DNA from: Hyalangium minutum
Lineage (GTDB): Bacteria; Myxococcota; Myxococcia; Myxococcales; Myxococcaceae
Assembly (NCBI RefSeq): GCF_000737315.1
Contig: NZ_JMCB01000008.1
Span: 144,001 to 268,000 of the forward strand
Direction of reading: 5' to 3'
DNA length: 124,000 nucleotides
In this document: in pieces, positions 77,378 to 87,407 of the stretch
Numbering within the stretch: the first letter of the stretch is position 1
Layout of the letters: the number at the start of each line of letters is the position of its first letter
The notes under the pieces: model-generated
Seen by the model: the letters and a program-made list of their open reading frames with translations, nothing else
Told to the model about the DNA's origin: nothing
Database searches by the model: none
Made by a program: the position numbers and the translations under genes

Positions 77378-77944
77378 TCAGTCTTCCTTGCCGAGCATCC
77401 CGTCCTTCAGGTCATCGTCCACGGGCTTGGCGCCGAGCCACACCCCGAAGAGCGCGTCCGCGAAGTCCTTGCCCTCCAGCGTGAGCGCCTCTCCCGCCTT
77501 GCTCTGCACCTGCGTGCCCTTGCCCGGCACATAGGTGATCGTCAAGTCGTCGCCCTTCTTCAGATCCGGCACCGCGCCCTTGAGCTTCTCCAGCCGGTCC
77601 TTCAGCGCCGGCAGCGCCGCCTTGCTGTTCTTCTCGATGCCGTCCGCGATGGCGTCCGTGATCTTCGCCTTCTCCAGATCGCGCAACATCACCATGCGCA
77701 CGCGCTTGGTCTGATCCGAGCTGATCACCTGCGCCGCGTCCTGGCTCACCGTCTCCACGTAGAGCGCCGCCGCGTACACCTTGAAGATGGCCTTGGTGCG
77801 CAGCCCCGCTCCGTTCAGCTTCAGCTCCTTGCCCTCCACGGAGACCGTGTCGGGGAACTTCACCCCCGCCACTTCCTTCTCCTTGGCCAGGGCCGGCAGT
77901 GCGAGGGTCAGGGACAATACCAGGGCGGACAGCGTCGCTTTCAT
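77378..77944 (-). CDS. Chalcone isomerase-like exported protein
   Basis: LNGAGLRTK.IFKVYAAALY; LFGVWLG. Confidence 0.9.
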   Translation of the reverse strand: MKATLSALVLSLTLALPALAKEKEVAGVKFPDTVSVEGKELKLNGAGLRTKAIFKVYAAALYVETVSQDAAQVISSDQTKRVRMVMLRDLEKAKITDAIADGIEKNSKAALPALKDRLEKLKGAVPDLKKGDDLTITYVPGKGTQVQSKAGEALTLEGKDFADALFGVWLGAKPVDDDLKDGMLGKED

Positions 77945-77981
77945 GGACTTCCTCCCGTCAGTGTGGAGCTACGACGCCAGC

Positions 77982-79070
77982 CTAGCCGTGTTTCTTCACG
78001 AACTGCTCCATGAAGGCCACCAGTGTCTTCACGTTGTCCACTGTCACCGCGTTGTACATGGACACGCGGATGCCTCCCACGCTGCGGTACCCCTTGAGCC
78101 CCACCATCCCCGCCTTCTTCGCCTCGGCCACGAACGTCTCATCCAGCGCCTCGGTCGGCAGCCGAAACACCCCGTTCATGTACGAGCGCGACCCCTTCTC
78201 CACCGGCGCCCGGAAGAAGTCCGCGTGGCGATCGATCATCCCGTACAGCAGCTCGCCCTTCTCCCGGTTCCAGCGCTCCAGCTGCGGCAGCCCGCCCACG
78301 CTCTTGATCCACGCCAGCACGTTGCGGCACAGGTAGATCGAGAACGTCGGCGGCGTGTTGTACAGCGAGTTGTTCTCCGCGTACGTGCTGTAGCGGAAGA
78401 TCTTCGGGATGTTCGTGCTCCCCTTCGCCATGAAGCCCTTGTCGATGATCACCAGCACGATTCCCGAGGGCCCCACGTTCTTCTGCGCCCCCGCGTAGAT
78501 CATCGCGAACTTGCTCACGTCGATCGGCTTCCACAGCAGATCCGAGCTCATGTCCGCGATCAGCGGCACGCTCCCCACCTCCGGGAACGTGTGCCACTGC
78601 GTCCCGTAGATGGTGTTGTTGCTCGTCATGTGGACGTAGGCCGCGGCCGGATCCAGCTGCATCTCCTCCTGCTTCGGGACGCGCGTGTACCGTTTGTCCG
78701 CGTTGATCGTCGTCGCGGCGATGCGCGACTGGCCGTAGTACTTCGCCTCGTCCCGCGCCTTCTCGCTCCAGACCCCCGTCATCAGGTAGTCCGCGCTCGT
78801 CTCCGGCGTCAGGAAGTTCATCGGCACCTGAGCGAACTGCTGCGAGGCGCCCCCTTGCAGGAACAACACCTGGTGCGTCGAGGGGATGCCCAACAGCTCG
78901 GTCAGCAGGGAAATGGCCTCGTTGTGGACGGCCTCGTACTCCTTGCCCCGATGGCTGTGCTCCATGATGGACATTCCGGTCCCCTGGAAGTCGAGCAGCT
79001 CTTCCCGGGCTCGCTCCAAGGCCGGCTGGGGTAGACCGGCAGGACCGGCATTGAAGTTGATGACGCGCAT
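77982..79070 (-). CDS. serC: Phosphoserine aminotransferase
   Basis: NFNAGPA; SHRG; DMSSD; [10 protein letters not shown]; NTPP. Confidence 0.97.
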   Translation of the reverse strand: MRVINFNAGPAGLPQPALERAREELLDFQGTGMSIMEHSHRGKEYEAVHNEAISLLTELLGIPSTHQVLFLQGGASQQFAQVPMNFLTPETSADYLMTGVWSEKARDEAKYYGQSRIAATTINADKRYTRVPKQEEMQLDPAAAYVHMTSNNTIYGTQWHTFPEVGSVPLIADMSSDLLWKPIDVSKFAMIYAGAQKNVGPSGIVLVIIDKGFMAKGSTNIPKIFRYSTYAENNSLYNTPPTFSIYLCRNVLAWIKSVGGLPQLERWNREKGELLYGMIDRHADFFRAPVEKGSRSYMNGVFRLPTEALDETFVAEAKKAGMVGLKGYRSVGGIRVSMYNAVTVDNVKTLVAFMEQFVKKHG

Positions 79071-79148
79071 GGCTGTGTCCTTTTAGGAAGGGAACCGCAC
79101 CGCCATTCTCTCCGACCGGCCTCCCAGGGCCAGTCAGAAGCGCACACA

Positions 79149-79778
79149 GTGTGCGGCACAGAGCGTGTGGCCGGCAGGGCATTGCGGAGGTCTGGAGGTC
79201 AGGTGGGTTCCTCGGAGGAACTGGCACAGTGGGTTCGGCGGGCCGCCGGTGGGGATGCGTCCGCCTTCGGTGAGCTGTACCGGCGCACAAGGCCCCAGGT
79301 GGCCCGGCTGACCGCCGGGTTCGCCACGCTGGACGCAGATGAGGTGGAAGACGTGATTCAGGAGACCTACGTCCGAGCGTTCAAGGCGCTCCCCCGGCTC
79401 AAGGACGCCACGGCGTTCGAGGCGTGGCTCCTGGCCATTGCCCGCAACCGGGCCCGCACCCGCCTGGAGCGCAAGAGCCACCTGCGGCGAATGGAAGAGG
79501 AGACCCCGGATCCCCAGCCCGAGGCCGTCCCTCCCCTCCCCGAGGCCCTCCAGGTGGAGCGGGACATTGCCGAGGTGCGTCAGCTCATCGCCGAGCTGCC
79601 CGAGGGCGAGGAAAAGAAGACCGTCCAGCTCTTCTACTTGGAGGGAGAGCTGTCCGCGCGGGAGATCGCCGAGAAGCTCGGCGTCGGCAAGAGCGCGGTG
79701 ACCATGCGCCTGGAACGGTTCAGGGCGCGCATCAAGCGGAAGCTGCTCCAGCGCGTGCTCGCCGGACGGTGGGAGTGA
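79149..79778 (+). CDS. ECF sigma factor (module 2); start uncertain
   Basis: GDASAFGELY; EDVIQET; WLLAIARN; region 4. Confidence 0.9.
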   Translation: MCGTERVAGRALRRSGGQVGSSEELAQWVRRAAGGDASAFGELYRRTRPQVARLTAGFATLDADEVEDVIQETYVRAFKALPRLKDATAFEAWLLAIARNRARTRLERKSHLRRMEEETPDPQPEAVPPLPEALQVERDIAEVRQLIAELPEGEEKKTVQLFYLEGELSAREIAEKLGVGKSAVTMRLERFRARIKRKLLQRVLAGRWE

Positions 79779-79782
79779 TGTC

Positions 79783-80565
79783 ATGAAGCACCTCGATGCG
79801 CAGGCGCTCAGCGCGCTCGCCGCCAAGGACCCCGAGGCGGTGGCCTACTTCCGGGAGCACCTGGCCTCCCCCTGTGACACCTGCGAGGAGTTCCTTGCCC
79901 AGTCCACCACCGATGGCCTCGATGGCCAGGTCGACGCCCTCCTGCTCGCCCTCGCTCCTCGCAAGGCCGCCGCCCACGACGAAGTGGGCTGGATGCGCCT
80001 CAAGCGACGCCTGCGCACTTCTGCCCACGCCGGGCGCTGGGTCGGCGCGGCCGCGGCGCTGGCAGCCTGTCTGCTGGCGGTGGTGCTGGTACCCAAGCTG
80101 GTGAAGGCGCCGGAGCAGGCGCAACCCTGGAATGGGGTGAAGGGCTCCAGCCGCATTGCGCTGGAGCTGGCAGCGGTGGCCCGGGGCTCGGACGGACAGT
80201 TACGGCGGCTGGATCAGGGGGCGGCGGTGCCCTCGGAGGATGTGCTCCTGCTGCGCTACCACGCCACCGAGGCGGGCAGCGCCCTGCTCTTCCAGCAGAC
80301 GGGAGACAGGGAACCCGAGCTGCTCGGCAGCTTCCAGCTGGAGGCGGGGACGCATGATCTCGAGGGCCCGCAGGGGCTGGCAGGGGTGAGCCTCTCGGGC
80401 GAAGAGGGCCCTGTCACCCTGTGGCTGGTGGCCACTGCCGCGGGTGAGCCGCTGTCGCCCAATGAAGTCCAAGGGGTGCTTGCGGGCAGCAAGGGCCACG
80501 GGGAGAACCCGCTGTCCACCGCACGGTTCGACGTCTTCGTTCAGACCGGTCAGAATCCCCGCTGA
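79783..80565 (+). CDS. Anti-sigma factor: Zn-binding N-terminus, TM helix, DUF4384-like domain
   Basis: HLASPCDTC; TM AAAALAACLLAVVLV; follows the sigma gene. Confidence 0.75.
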   Translation: MKHLDAQALSALAAKDPEAVAYFREHLASPCDTCEEFLAQSTTDGLDGQVDALLLALAPRKAAAHDEVGWMRLKRRLRTSAHAGRWVGAAAALAACLLAVVLVPKLVKAPEQAQPWNGVKGSSRIALELAAVARGSDGQLRRLDQGAAVPSEDVLLLRYHATEAGSALLFQQTGDREPELLGSFQLEAGTHDLEGPQGLAGVSLSGEEGPVTLWLVATAAGEPLSPNEVQGVLAGSKGHGENPLSTARFDVFVQTGQNPR

Positions 80566-80568
80566 CCC

Positions 80569-82209
80569 GTGAAGCGCCTGCTCCTCATGTTGCTCGGGGC
80601 CCTCGTGGCCTGCGCGAGCCCCTCGGCCCAGGAGAAGGGCGGCCTGGTGCCGCTCCGACTCGATGAGGCGGCCCTCTCCACCGCCTATGCGCCCCGGCGC
80701 ATCGCCCTGTTGGTGGGCATCTCCGAGTTCCAGGATCCCCAGTGGCGCAACCTGCGCTACTCCGAGAAGGACGCCACGGATCTGGCCGCCGCGCTGAAGG
80801 ATCCGGCGCGCGGGCATTTCGATCAGGTGCGCATGCTCACGCGCCCCGAGCAGACGACGCGCGCGGCCATCCTCTCCGCGCTGCACGAGCTGCAGCGGGA
80901 GGCCACCCGGCCGGATGACGTGGTGGTCGTCTACTTCTCCGCGCACGGCACGCTGGCGAGGGACGGACAGGGCGAGCTGAGGCGCTACCTCGTCACCCAG
81001 GATGCTTCGTACCGCTCCATCTCGCAGACGGCCCTCTCCATGGACGTGCTGAAGGCGGAGTTCGACAAGCTCCCCAGCCGGCGGCGGCTGCTGGTGCTGG
81101 CCACCTGCCACAGCGGCAGCGGCAAGTCGCTGCTGCCCAAGGAGCTGGAGGCGGAGCTGACGGGCATCAAGTCCGGCTTCTACGCGCGCCCCCTGGAGGA
81201 GTCGAGCCGGGCTTCCATGGTGTTCGCCGCCTGCGACTGGGGCGAGACGGCCCGCGAGGACGAGGGGCTGCGCAACGACATCTACACGTACTTCCTCATT
81301 GAAGGGCTCAACGGCAAGGCGGACCGGAACATGGACGGCGCCGTCACCGCCACCGAGGCGCATGACTACGCGCGCCGCCGCACCTTCGCTTTCACCCAGG
81401 GGCGCCAGCGCCCGTCGGCGGAGATCCTCGAGGTGGGCGCGGATCCGGTGGTGCTCTCCGGCAGCATCAACCGCACGGGGCGCCCGGAGCTGTTCTCCTA
81501 CAACCCGCGGCTGGACGGCTTCACCCTCAAGGTGGACGGAGAGCCGCGCACGGAGCTGCCCGGCGGCACGGCGGTGGTCCCTGGCAAGCGCACCGTGGAG
81601 CTGACCAAGGGCGACGCGGTGCTGGTGCGGCGGGAGATCGACATGACCGCCGGCGAGCGCCTGCCTTTGGAGGAGCTGCTGTCGGACACCTTCCCGCGAC
81701 GCTCGCTCGCGCTGGTGGGCGGAGTGTTCTCCTTCGTGGACGGCAAGAGCCGCGCCGAGCTGCTGCCCGCCTCGCCCGAGGTGGCCGCGGTGCTGCGGCT
81801 GGAGGACAAGCCGCTGCAGGACTTCGCGCTGCTCCTGGATGTAGGCGGCATCCGAGGCCAGCACCGCCTGAAACTCGCGCCCGGCTCCGAGGTGCCCTTT
81901 GGCTACACCCGCCTCTCCGTGGGCGTGGGCATGCCGTATTTGTGGCGGTGGGACCGGCTGTCACTTTATGCAGGACCGCGTGTGGCCGCTCTCTACCTCC
82001 GGCGGTCCTTCCAAGTGGAGGCATTCACCGGTGGGCAGAACTACTTCACCGTGAGCCCGGGCGTAGTGGGTGGCATGGTGTGGCGGCTGGGTGACAGGCT
82101 GGAGCTGACCTCTCAGGCCCAGGTCATGCTCACGTACGTGGTGGTGGACGGACAAGGACAGGCGGTGGGGTTCACCGGCGGCTGGGCAGGCATGGGGTAC
82201 CGGTTCTGA
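80569..82209 (+). CDS. Lipoprotein caspase-like peptidase (C14) with probable C-terminal beta-barrel
   Basis: LVAC lipobox; IALLVGI; YFSAHG (His); LATCHSG (Cys); ends GMGYRF. Confidence 0.85.
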   Translation: MKRLLLMLLGALVACASPSAQEKGGLVPLRLDEAALSTAYAPRRIALLVGISEFQDPQWRNLRYSEKDATDLAAALKDPARGHFDQVRMLTRPEQTTRAAILSALHELQREATRPDDVVVVYFSAHGTLARDGQGELRRYLVTQDASYRSISQTALSMDVLKAEFDKLPSRRRLLVLATCHSGSGKSLLPKELEAELTGIKSGFYARPLEESSRASMVFAACDWGETAREDEGLRNDIYTYFLIEGLNGKADRNMDGAVTATEAHDYARRRTFAFTQGRQRPSAEILEVGADPVVLSGSINRTGRPELFSYNPRLDGFTLKVDGEPRTELPGGTAVVPGKRTVELTKGDAVLVRREIDMTAGERLPLEELLSDTFPRRSLALVGGVFSFVDGKSRAELLPASPEVAAVLRLEDKPLQDFALLLDVGGIRGQHRLKLAPGSEVPFGYTRLSVGVGMPYLWRWDRLSLYAGPRVAALYLRRSFQVEAFTGGQNYFTVSPGVVGGMVWRLGDRLELTSQAQVMLTYVVVDGQGQAVGFTGGWAGMGYRF

Positions 82210-83270
82210 TGCGCCAGACACTGCACATCGCGATGGTGGTCGGGCTGGCGCTCGGCGCGCTCGGGTGCGGAGAGCTGGAGAACGCCCCGTTCCGCCTCGG
82301 CACGGTGCAAGGCCGCCTCACGGAGAGCGATGCATCCGTGGCCCTGGTCGCCGTCATGGGAGCCCCCGAGCTGCGCAGCACCCTGGCGGCGGATGGGAGC
82401 TTCAAGCTCGAGCAGGTCCCCGCGGGGCAGGCCGAGCTGTTCATCATCGCCTCGGCGAGCAAGGCCCTGCGCGTGTCGCTGATCGTCCAGGGCGGGCAGT
82501 CCGTCACCGTAGGCTCGCTGACCCCCAAGGAGGCCAGCTTCCTCGCGTTGCGGCTGAAGGCTCCCTCGCACGAGCCCGTGGAGCAAGCGCAGGTGACGCT
82601 GGTGGGCACCCCCATGCTGCCGCTGCAGCCGGACGAGCATGGGCGCCTGAGCGTGGGGCCACTTCCGGATGGCTGCTACACGCTGAGCATCTCCGCCCCT
82701 GGCTTCCCCGATGTGGCGTCCGAGACATGCTTGGGCTCCGGAGAGACCCAAGAGGTGAAGGTAAACCTCCCCGCCCCGAGCAAGAAGTGCGAGCAGACGG
82801 GCTGCTCGCAAGGCTTCGTCTGCGCGCAGAACGGCCGGTGCGTGGAGTGCCTGGACGACTCGCACTGCGTCTCCGGGCTCTCCTGCCGCGGCATGCGCTG
82901 CGAGGGCGAGGCCCCCGTCTGCACCTCCTGCGAGGGGGACTGGCAGTGCGGCTCCAAGGCGAGTTGCCAGGAGTTCGCCGATGGCTCCAAGGCCTGCGTG
83001 ACGTCCTGCGCGAACGCCAATCAGTGCGAGGATGGCTTCACCTGCCAAGCGGGCCGATGCCTGCCCGACGAGGCCCAGTTCAATGGCTGCCCGGCATACG
83101 TCAAGCTGGGTACCTCGTGCGACAACCCGGTGCTGTGCCGGAACCAGGGGCTCGTCAACGGGCTCTGCGTGGGAGGCCGCTGCACCATCCCATGCGACAC
83201 CGGCCGGGTGTGCCCGGAGGAGTTCTCCTGCGAGAACACCAGCGACGGGCGCGTGTGCATCTCCGAGTAG
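82209..83270 (+). CDS. Lipoprotein with two carboxypeptidase-regulatory-like domains and Cys-rich repeats
   Basis: ALGC lipobox; many CxxxxxC repeats; TGATG overlap with caspase. Confidence 0.85.
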   Translation: MRQTLHIAMVVGLALGALGCGELENAPFRLGTVQGRLTESDASVALVAVMGAPELRSTLAADGSFKLEQVPAGQAELFIIASASKALRVSLIVQGGQSVTVGSLTPKEASFLALRLKAPSHEPVEQAQVTLVGTPMLPLQPDEHGRLSVGPLPDGCYTLSISAPGFPDVASETCLGSGETQEVKVNLPAPSKKCEQTGCSQGFVCAQNGRCVECLDDSHCVSGLSCRGMRCEGEAPVCTSCEGDWQCGSKASCQEFADGSKACVTSCANANQCEDGFTCQAGRCLPDEAQFNGCPAYVKLGTSCDNPVLCRNQGLVNGLCVGGRCTIPCDTGRVCPEEFSCENTSDGRVCISE

Positions 83271-83294
83271 CGGAGGAGCCCAGGCGCCTCCGCC

Positions 83295-84008
83295 TCACGG
83301 CGTGAGGATCAGTCCGTCCGCAACGCACTCGTCCACGGCCCGCCGCACGTCCTGCTCCGCCGCGCCCGTGGCCGCTGCCACGTCCGCCACCGCGAACCCC
83401 TCCACCGCCATCTTCAGCACCAGGAGCGCGCGATCATGGGCCGCCATGAACCACGTGTTGAGCTGGCGCGGGTGCCGCCACAGGAGCGCCATCTCGTCGC
83501 CCGCCGCCGGCGCCGGGGCCGCCGCCTTGCTCCGAACGTAGGCGCAGAGCCGGTACGGGTGCTGGAGCACCGCCAGCGTGGGGTTGACCGTGAGCCGCTC
83601 CACGCGCTCCGGTACCCGCTCCTCGGAGGCATACACCGCCCAGTCGGCCCACTCGAAGCGCGCGAGCGCGGGGAGGAACTCCGGCAGCCCCTGGTCCGCC
83701 GTCACATCCGCCACATAGGCCGGGAAGGACTCTCCCGCCTGGTTCATCTCGAAGTGCCGCGCGGGGCGCGTGGGGAAGTAGCCCTTCACCAGCACCTCCC
83801 AGCGCTCCGCCCCCACCACCGCCTTCACCAGTGGGTAGAGCTTCTCCACCACCTCGCGCACGTGCGCCTGCACGAACTCCCCATACAGCGCCACGCGCGA
83901 GTCCGGCGCCTCCCAGCCCGGGTGCGCCGCGCGCAGCCGCTCCAGCCCCGCAGGGTCCGCGAAGTACTCCGTCATCGAGTTGAAGAAGTGCCGCAGCCCG
84001 GGCCTCAT
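83295..84008 (-). CDS. DUF2063/HvfC-BufC-like MNIO partner
   Basis: RVALYGEFV...LYP...YF...P; LARFEWA. Confidence 0.85.
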   Translation of the reverse strand: MRPGLRHFFNSMTEYFADPAGLERLRAAHPGWEAPDSRVALYGEFVQAHVREVVEKLYPLVKAVVGAERWEVLVKGYFPTRPARHFEMNQAGESFPAYVADVTADQGLPEFLPALARFEWADWAVYASEERVPERVERLTVNPTLAVLQHPYRLCAYVRSKAAAPAPAAGDEMALLWRHPRQLNTWFMAAHDRALLVLKMAVEGFAVADVAAATGAAEQDVRRAVDECVADGLILTP

Positions 84009-84850
84009 CGCGCCACCTCCTTCAGCACGGCGCGCGCCTGATCCGCCTCGTCCAGCACCGCCTCCAGGGAGGGGATGTCCTGATCCCACTCGATCAGCGT
84101 GGACACCGGCCCGGTGCGCTCCACCACGTAGCGGTAGAGCGACCACACGTCGCCGGGCACGGGGCCGACATGGGTGTCGATGATGACGTCCGGGTAGCGC
84201 GTATGCCCGGCCATGTGGAGCTGCACCACGCGATCCAGCGGCAGCGCGTCCACGAAGGCGCGCGGGTCATACCCGTGGTTCTGCGCGTTGACGTAGACGT
84301 TGTTCACGTCGAGCAGGAGCCCACAGTCGGCCTGCTCCACCACGTGCCGCAGGAAGGTGGCCTCCTCCAGCGTCCCGCCCGGCATGCGCGCGTAGTAGCT
84401 CGGGTTCTCCAGCAGGAAGGGCCGGCCCACCCGCGCCATCACCTCGCGGACGCGAGGCACCACGTACTCGACCGCCTCCTCGTTGAAGGGCAGCGGGAGC
84501 AAGTCATGCAGGTACACCCCACCCAGGCGCGTGTAGCAGAGGTGATCCGAGAAGAAGGGCATGTCCAGCTCCTTCACGAGCGCGGACAGCCGGGTGACAT
84601 AGTCCTCATCCAGCGGATCCGGGCCGCCGATGTTGAGCCCCACGCCGTGCGAGAGCAGCGTCCAGCGCTCCTTGCAGGCCTCCAGCGTGTGCCGCGAACG
84701 GCCGCCCAGAGACAGGAAGTTCTCGGGGATGATCTCCAGCCAGTCGACCGTGCGCTCGGTGCGAGGCAGCGTCTCGTAGAAGCTGCGCCGGAGCCCGATG
84801 CCAGCCCCCAGTGGTCTCAACCCATGCCTCTGCGCGTAGCTCTCGGACAC
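84005..84850 (-). CDS. DUF692 multinuclear non-heme iron oxidase (MNIO)
   Basis: WLEIIPEN; HGVGL; SDHLC; LLEN; LDVNN; HMAGH; DTH; IEWD. Confidence 0.93.
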   Translation of the reverse strand: MSESYAQRHGLRPLGAGIGLRRSFYETLPRTERTVDWLEIIPENFLSLGGRSRHTLEACKERWTLLSHGVGLNIGGPDPLDEDYVTRLSALVKELDMPFFSDHLCYTRLGGVYLHDLLPLPFNEEAVEYVVPRVREVMARVGRPFLLENPSYYARMPGGTLEEATFLRHVVEQADCGLLLDVNNVYVNAQNHGYDPRAFVDALPLDRVVQLHMAGHTRYPDVIIDTHVGPVPGDVWSLYRYVVERTGPVSTLIEWDQDIPSLEAVLDEADQARAVLKEVAR

Positions 84851-84928
84851 TGTGCAGCTCCTCGGGGAGAAACAACACGGGCGGCGGGAAGAGTCCTCCC
84901 CACCGCCCGAGCTCACTGCGAAAGCTGC

Positions 84929-85183
84929 TTACTTCTTGTTGGCGCAGGTGCCCTCGCCGCAGCTGGCGTTGGTGCCCTTGGCCTCGGTGGCACCCTTACA
85001 AGAAGCCTCGGTGCCCTTGGCCTCAGTGCCACCCTTGCAGGAGGCCTCGGTGCCCTTGGCAGAGGACTCGGTGGTGGCGGCGCCCTCGGTGGACCCCTCA
85101 GCGGCCTTGTTGGACGCACAGCCGGTGGCCAGCGCGCCGAGAGAGAGGGTACCAACGATGGCAGCCAGAGCCTTGACGTTCAT
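84929..85183 (-). CDS. RiPP precursor lipopeptide with repeated Cys motifs
   Basis: LATGC lipobox; KGTEASCKG x2; NASCGEGTC; directly upstream of DUF692. Confidence 0.85.
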   Translation of the reverse strand: MNVKALAAIVGTLSLGALATGCASNKAAEGSTEGAATTESSAKGTEASCKGGTEAKGTEASCKGATEAKGTNASCGEGTCANKK

Positions 85184-85231
85184 GGATGATTCTTCCTTTC
85201 GGGACTGCATTCGGTACTGCGGGGGGGACTG

Positions 85232-85870
85232 CTACAGCTTGAACTGGGTGGAGCCCCAAGCGTCCACCGACACATCGGCCATCTCGGCCACCTTGAGGAT
85301 GAGTGCGCCCGTTCGGTTGATCTTGTAAGCCTCAAGGGGAATCTGGAACTTGGCGCGCACGCGGAGCAGATCGCCCGGGGCGCGCTTGCCCGTGTCCTCG
85401 GACTCCTTCAGGTAGAAGGCGGTGACTTCCACCGGCTCCTCGCGCGTCACGCCGTGGATGGAGAACTTGCCCTGCGTCTTCAGCTTCACGGACTTGCCCG
85501 GCTCCAGCGGACCCGGCAGCACCAGATCCTTGAACTCGACGACGATGTCCGGGTACTTCGCCGCGTCCAGCCACTTCTCGTTCTGCAGGTGGCCATCGCG
85601 CGTCTCATTGCCCGTCTTGATGGAGCTGACCGGGACGGCGAGCTTGCCGGAGGCCTTGTTGCCCTCCACGGTGATGGAGCCCTTCACCTGGTTGGACAGG
85701 CCGTTGATCACTTCCAGTGGTGCATCCAGCACGAAGGTGATGGTGTCGCGGTTGTTCGGATCATTGAAGACGAAGGTCTGCTTGGCGGGAGCGGCAGGAG
85801 CCTTCGGCTGAGCGACAGCGGCCAGGGGCAGCAGGGTGGCAAGGCACAGCGCGGCGAAGCGTACGAACAT
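85232..85870 (-). CDS. YceI family exported protein
   Basis: SIKTGNETRDGHL; GKFSIHGVT; signal peptide. Confidence 0.9.
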   Translation of the reverse strand: MFVRFAALCLATLLPLAAVAQPKAPAAPAKQTFVFNDPNNRDTITFVLDAPLEVINGLSNQVKGSITVEGNKASGKLAVPVSSIKTGNETRDGHLQNEKWLDAAKYPDIVVEFKDLVLPGPLEPGKSVKLKTQGKFSIHGVTREEPVEVTAFYLKESEDTGKRAPGDLLRVRAKFQIPLEAYKINRTGALILKVAEMADVSVDAWGSTQFKL

Positions 85871-85964
85871 ATCGGCCTCTCTACGGATGCGGCTGCAAGG
85901 TGGATGCATGAGGTACGCGCGAGCGGGGATCCTGGTTACAGGCCGGAACTCGAATCTCCGTCCA

Positions 85965-87407
85965 CTACTGGATCCTGGAAGCCTTTTGTCCATCCAGAGC
86001 TTCACGCAACACGCTGTCCCGGGCCGGTTGAATCGTGACGCCTCCCGGAGTGGGCGTCACGCCGAGGTCTTCTAGCAAACCTTCGAGCCCTGCAAAAGCA
86101 GGCCGATGGAGATCCTCCTCCAGCAGCGCGCGGAAGATCGGCTTGCCAGCCACCGCGTCCACCGCCGCGCCGTAGGCATCTACAGTGGAAGTGGATCCTT
86201 GCGTTGCCAGCAACTCCAACACGTCCTGTAGGCCGCGCGCGTTGTGCGTGGCCCGGCGAATCGCTACGTCGAGGCGCAGGGAGAAGAACGCGCCCACCCA
86301 GTAGATCCCCGGCGGCGCGCTGTCGTCGATCATCTCCTGCAAGGTCTGCCCCGCAGCCTGCGCCCGGCCGCGCCTGAAGCCGCGGATCATTTCTGCCCAA
86401 ACGGCCTCGGCGCTCATGCGCCCAGAGCGCGCCTGCACCAGCTCCGTGAAGTAGGTGGCGAGCCCTTCGGAGATCCACGCCGCGCGCGGGACAAAGGTCG
86501 GATGGGTCAGGTGCAGCAGCTCGTGGAGGGCCGTCCAGTCCCGGTGGAGCGCATCGAGCCGGGCGTCCTGGCCCACCAGGAGGGCAACGCTCGGCGGCGA
86601 GCTCCACATCACCATGCCGAAGACGTTGGCGTCCTCGCGGCCCGGCACCGGGTAGATGCTCACGGAGATGCGCGGGAAGGGAAAGCGGCTGCGGACATAG
86701 CGCACCTCCTCGGCCCGCTGCCGCAGCCAGTCGCAGAGCTGCGCATCCTCCACGTGCGTCATGGTCCCGAGGATGGCGATGTCCAGCACGGCCCCCTGCA
86801 GCTGGGCCTGGCAGCGCCGCCCGCCGAAGGCCTGGAAGCCCGAGTCCACCAGGTCCTCCGCGCTCACGTGGTATTGCCCATCCGGCCCGGGCTGCCACGG
86901 CAGGAGCGCGTCCGCCCCCTTCACCGAGAGCTCCACGCGGACGCCCGGCTCCGCCACCCGCGGGCGGATCAGCCACGAGCGCCCCGCAAGGAGCAGCGCG
87001 TCCTCTCCGGTCTTCAGTCCCCCGGAGAAGTTCCACCAGCGCCCGCGCCGCCGTGTCTCCAGGGCGTAGCGATAGCGCAGCACGCGCGTGTCCTCTGGAA
87101 CAGAGATGCCCCGGTCCTCCACCTGCAGCACGCGCGCCTCGCCCGTGCGGCTGTAGGCCTGCACGGTGCGCACCCCGCCCTCCTGCGTGAAGAGGAACTC
87201 GCGGGGCGCATCGCTGCCGCGCACCACCTCCACCTCGAGGGACGGCTCCGGCTCACGCACGTAGGTGATCGTGTAGCGCAGGGCCGGTGAGGGCTCCTGC
87301 GCGGGTGGAGGCGGACGTGGCGGGCGGACGGTCTCCGCCCGGCACGAGGCCAGCACCATGGCGAGGGCCAGCAAGCCCAGCCTCTGCGCGTGGGAGCTGG
87401 GCCGCAT
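85965..87407 (-). CDS. M61/gluzincin-like metallopeptidase lipoprotein
   Basis: LHELLH; WISEGLATY; LASC lipobox. Confidence 0.8.
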   Translation of the reverse strand: MRPSSHAQRLGLLALAMVLASCRAETVRPPRPPPPAQEPSPALRYTITYVREPEPSLEVEVVRGSDAPREFLFTQEGGVRTVQAYSRTGEARVLQVEDRGISVPEDTRVLRYRYALETRRRGRWWNFSGGLKTGEDALLLAGRSWLIRPRVAEPGVRVELSVKGADALLPWQPGPDGQYHVSAEDLVDSGFQAFGGRRCQAQLQGAVLDIAILGTMTHVEDAQLCDWLRQRAEEVRYVRSRFPFPRISVSIYPVPGREDANVFGMVMWSSPPSVALLVGQDARLDALHRDWTALHELLHLTHPTFVPRAAWISEGLATYFTELVQARSGRMSAEAVWAEMIRGFRRGRAQAAGQTLQEMIDDSAPPGIYWVGAFFSLRLDVAIRRATHNARGLQDVLELLATQGSTSTVDAYGAAVDAVAGKPIFRALLEEDLHRPAFAGLEGLLEDLGVTPTPGGVTIQPARDSVLREALDGQKASRIQ

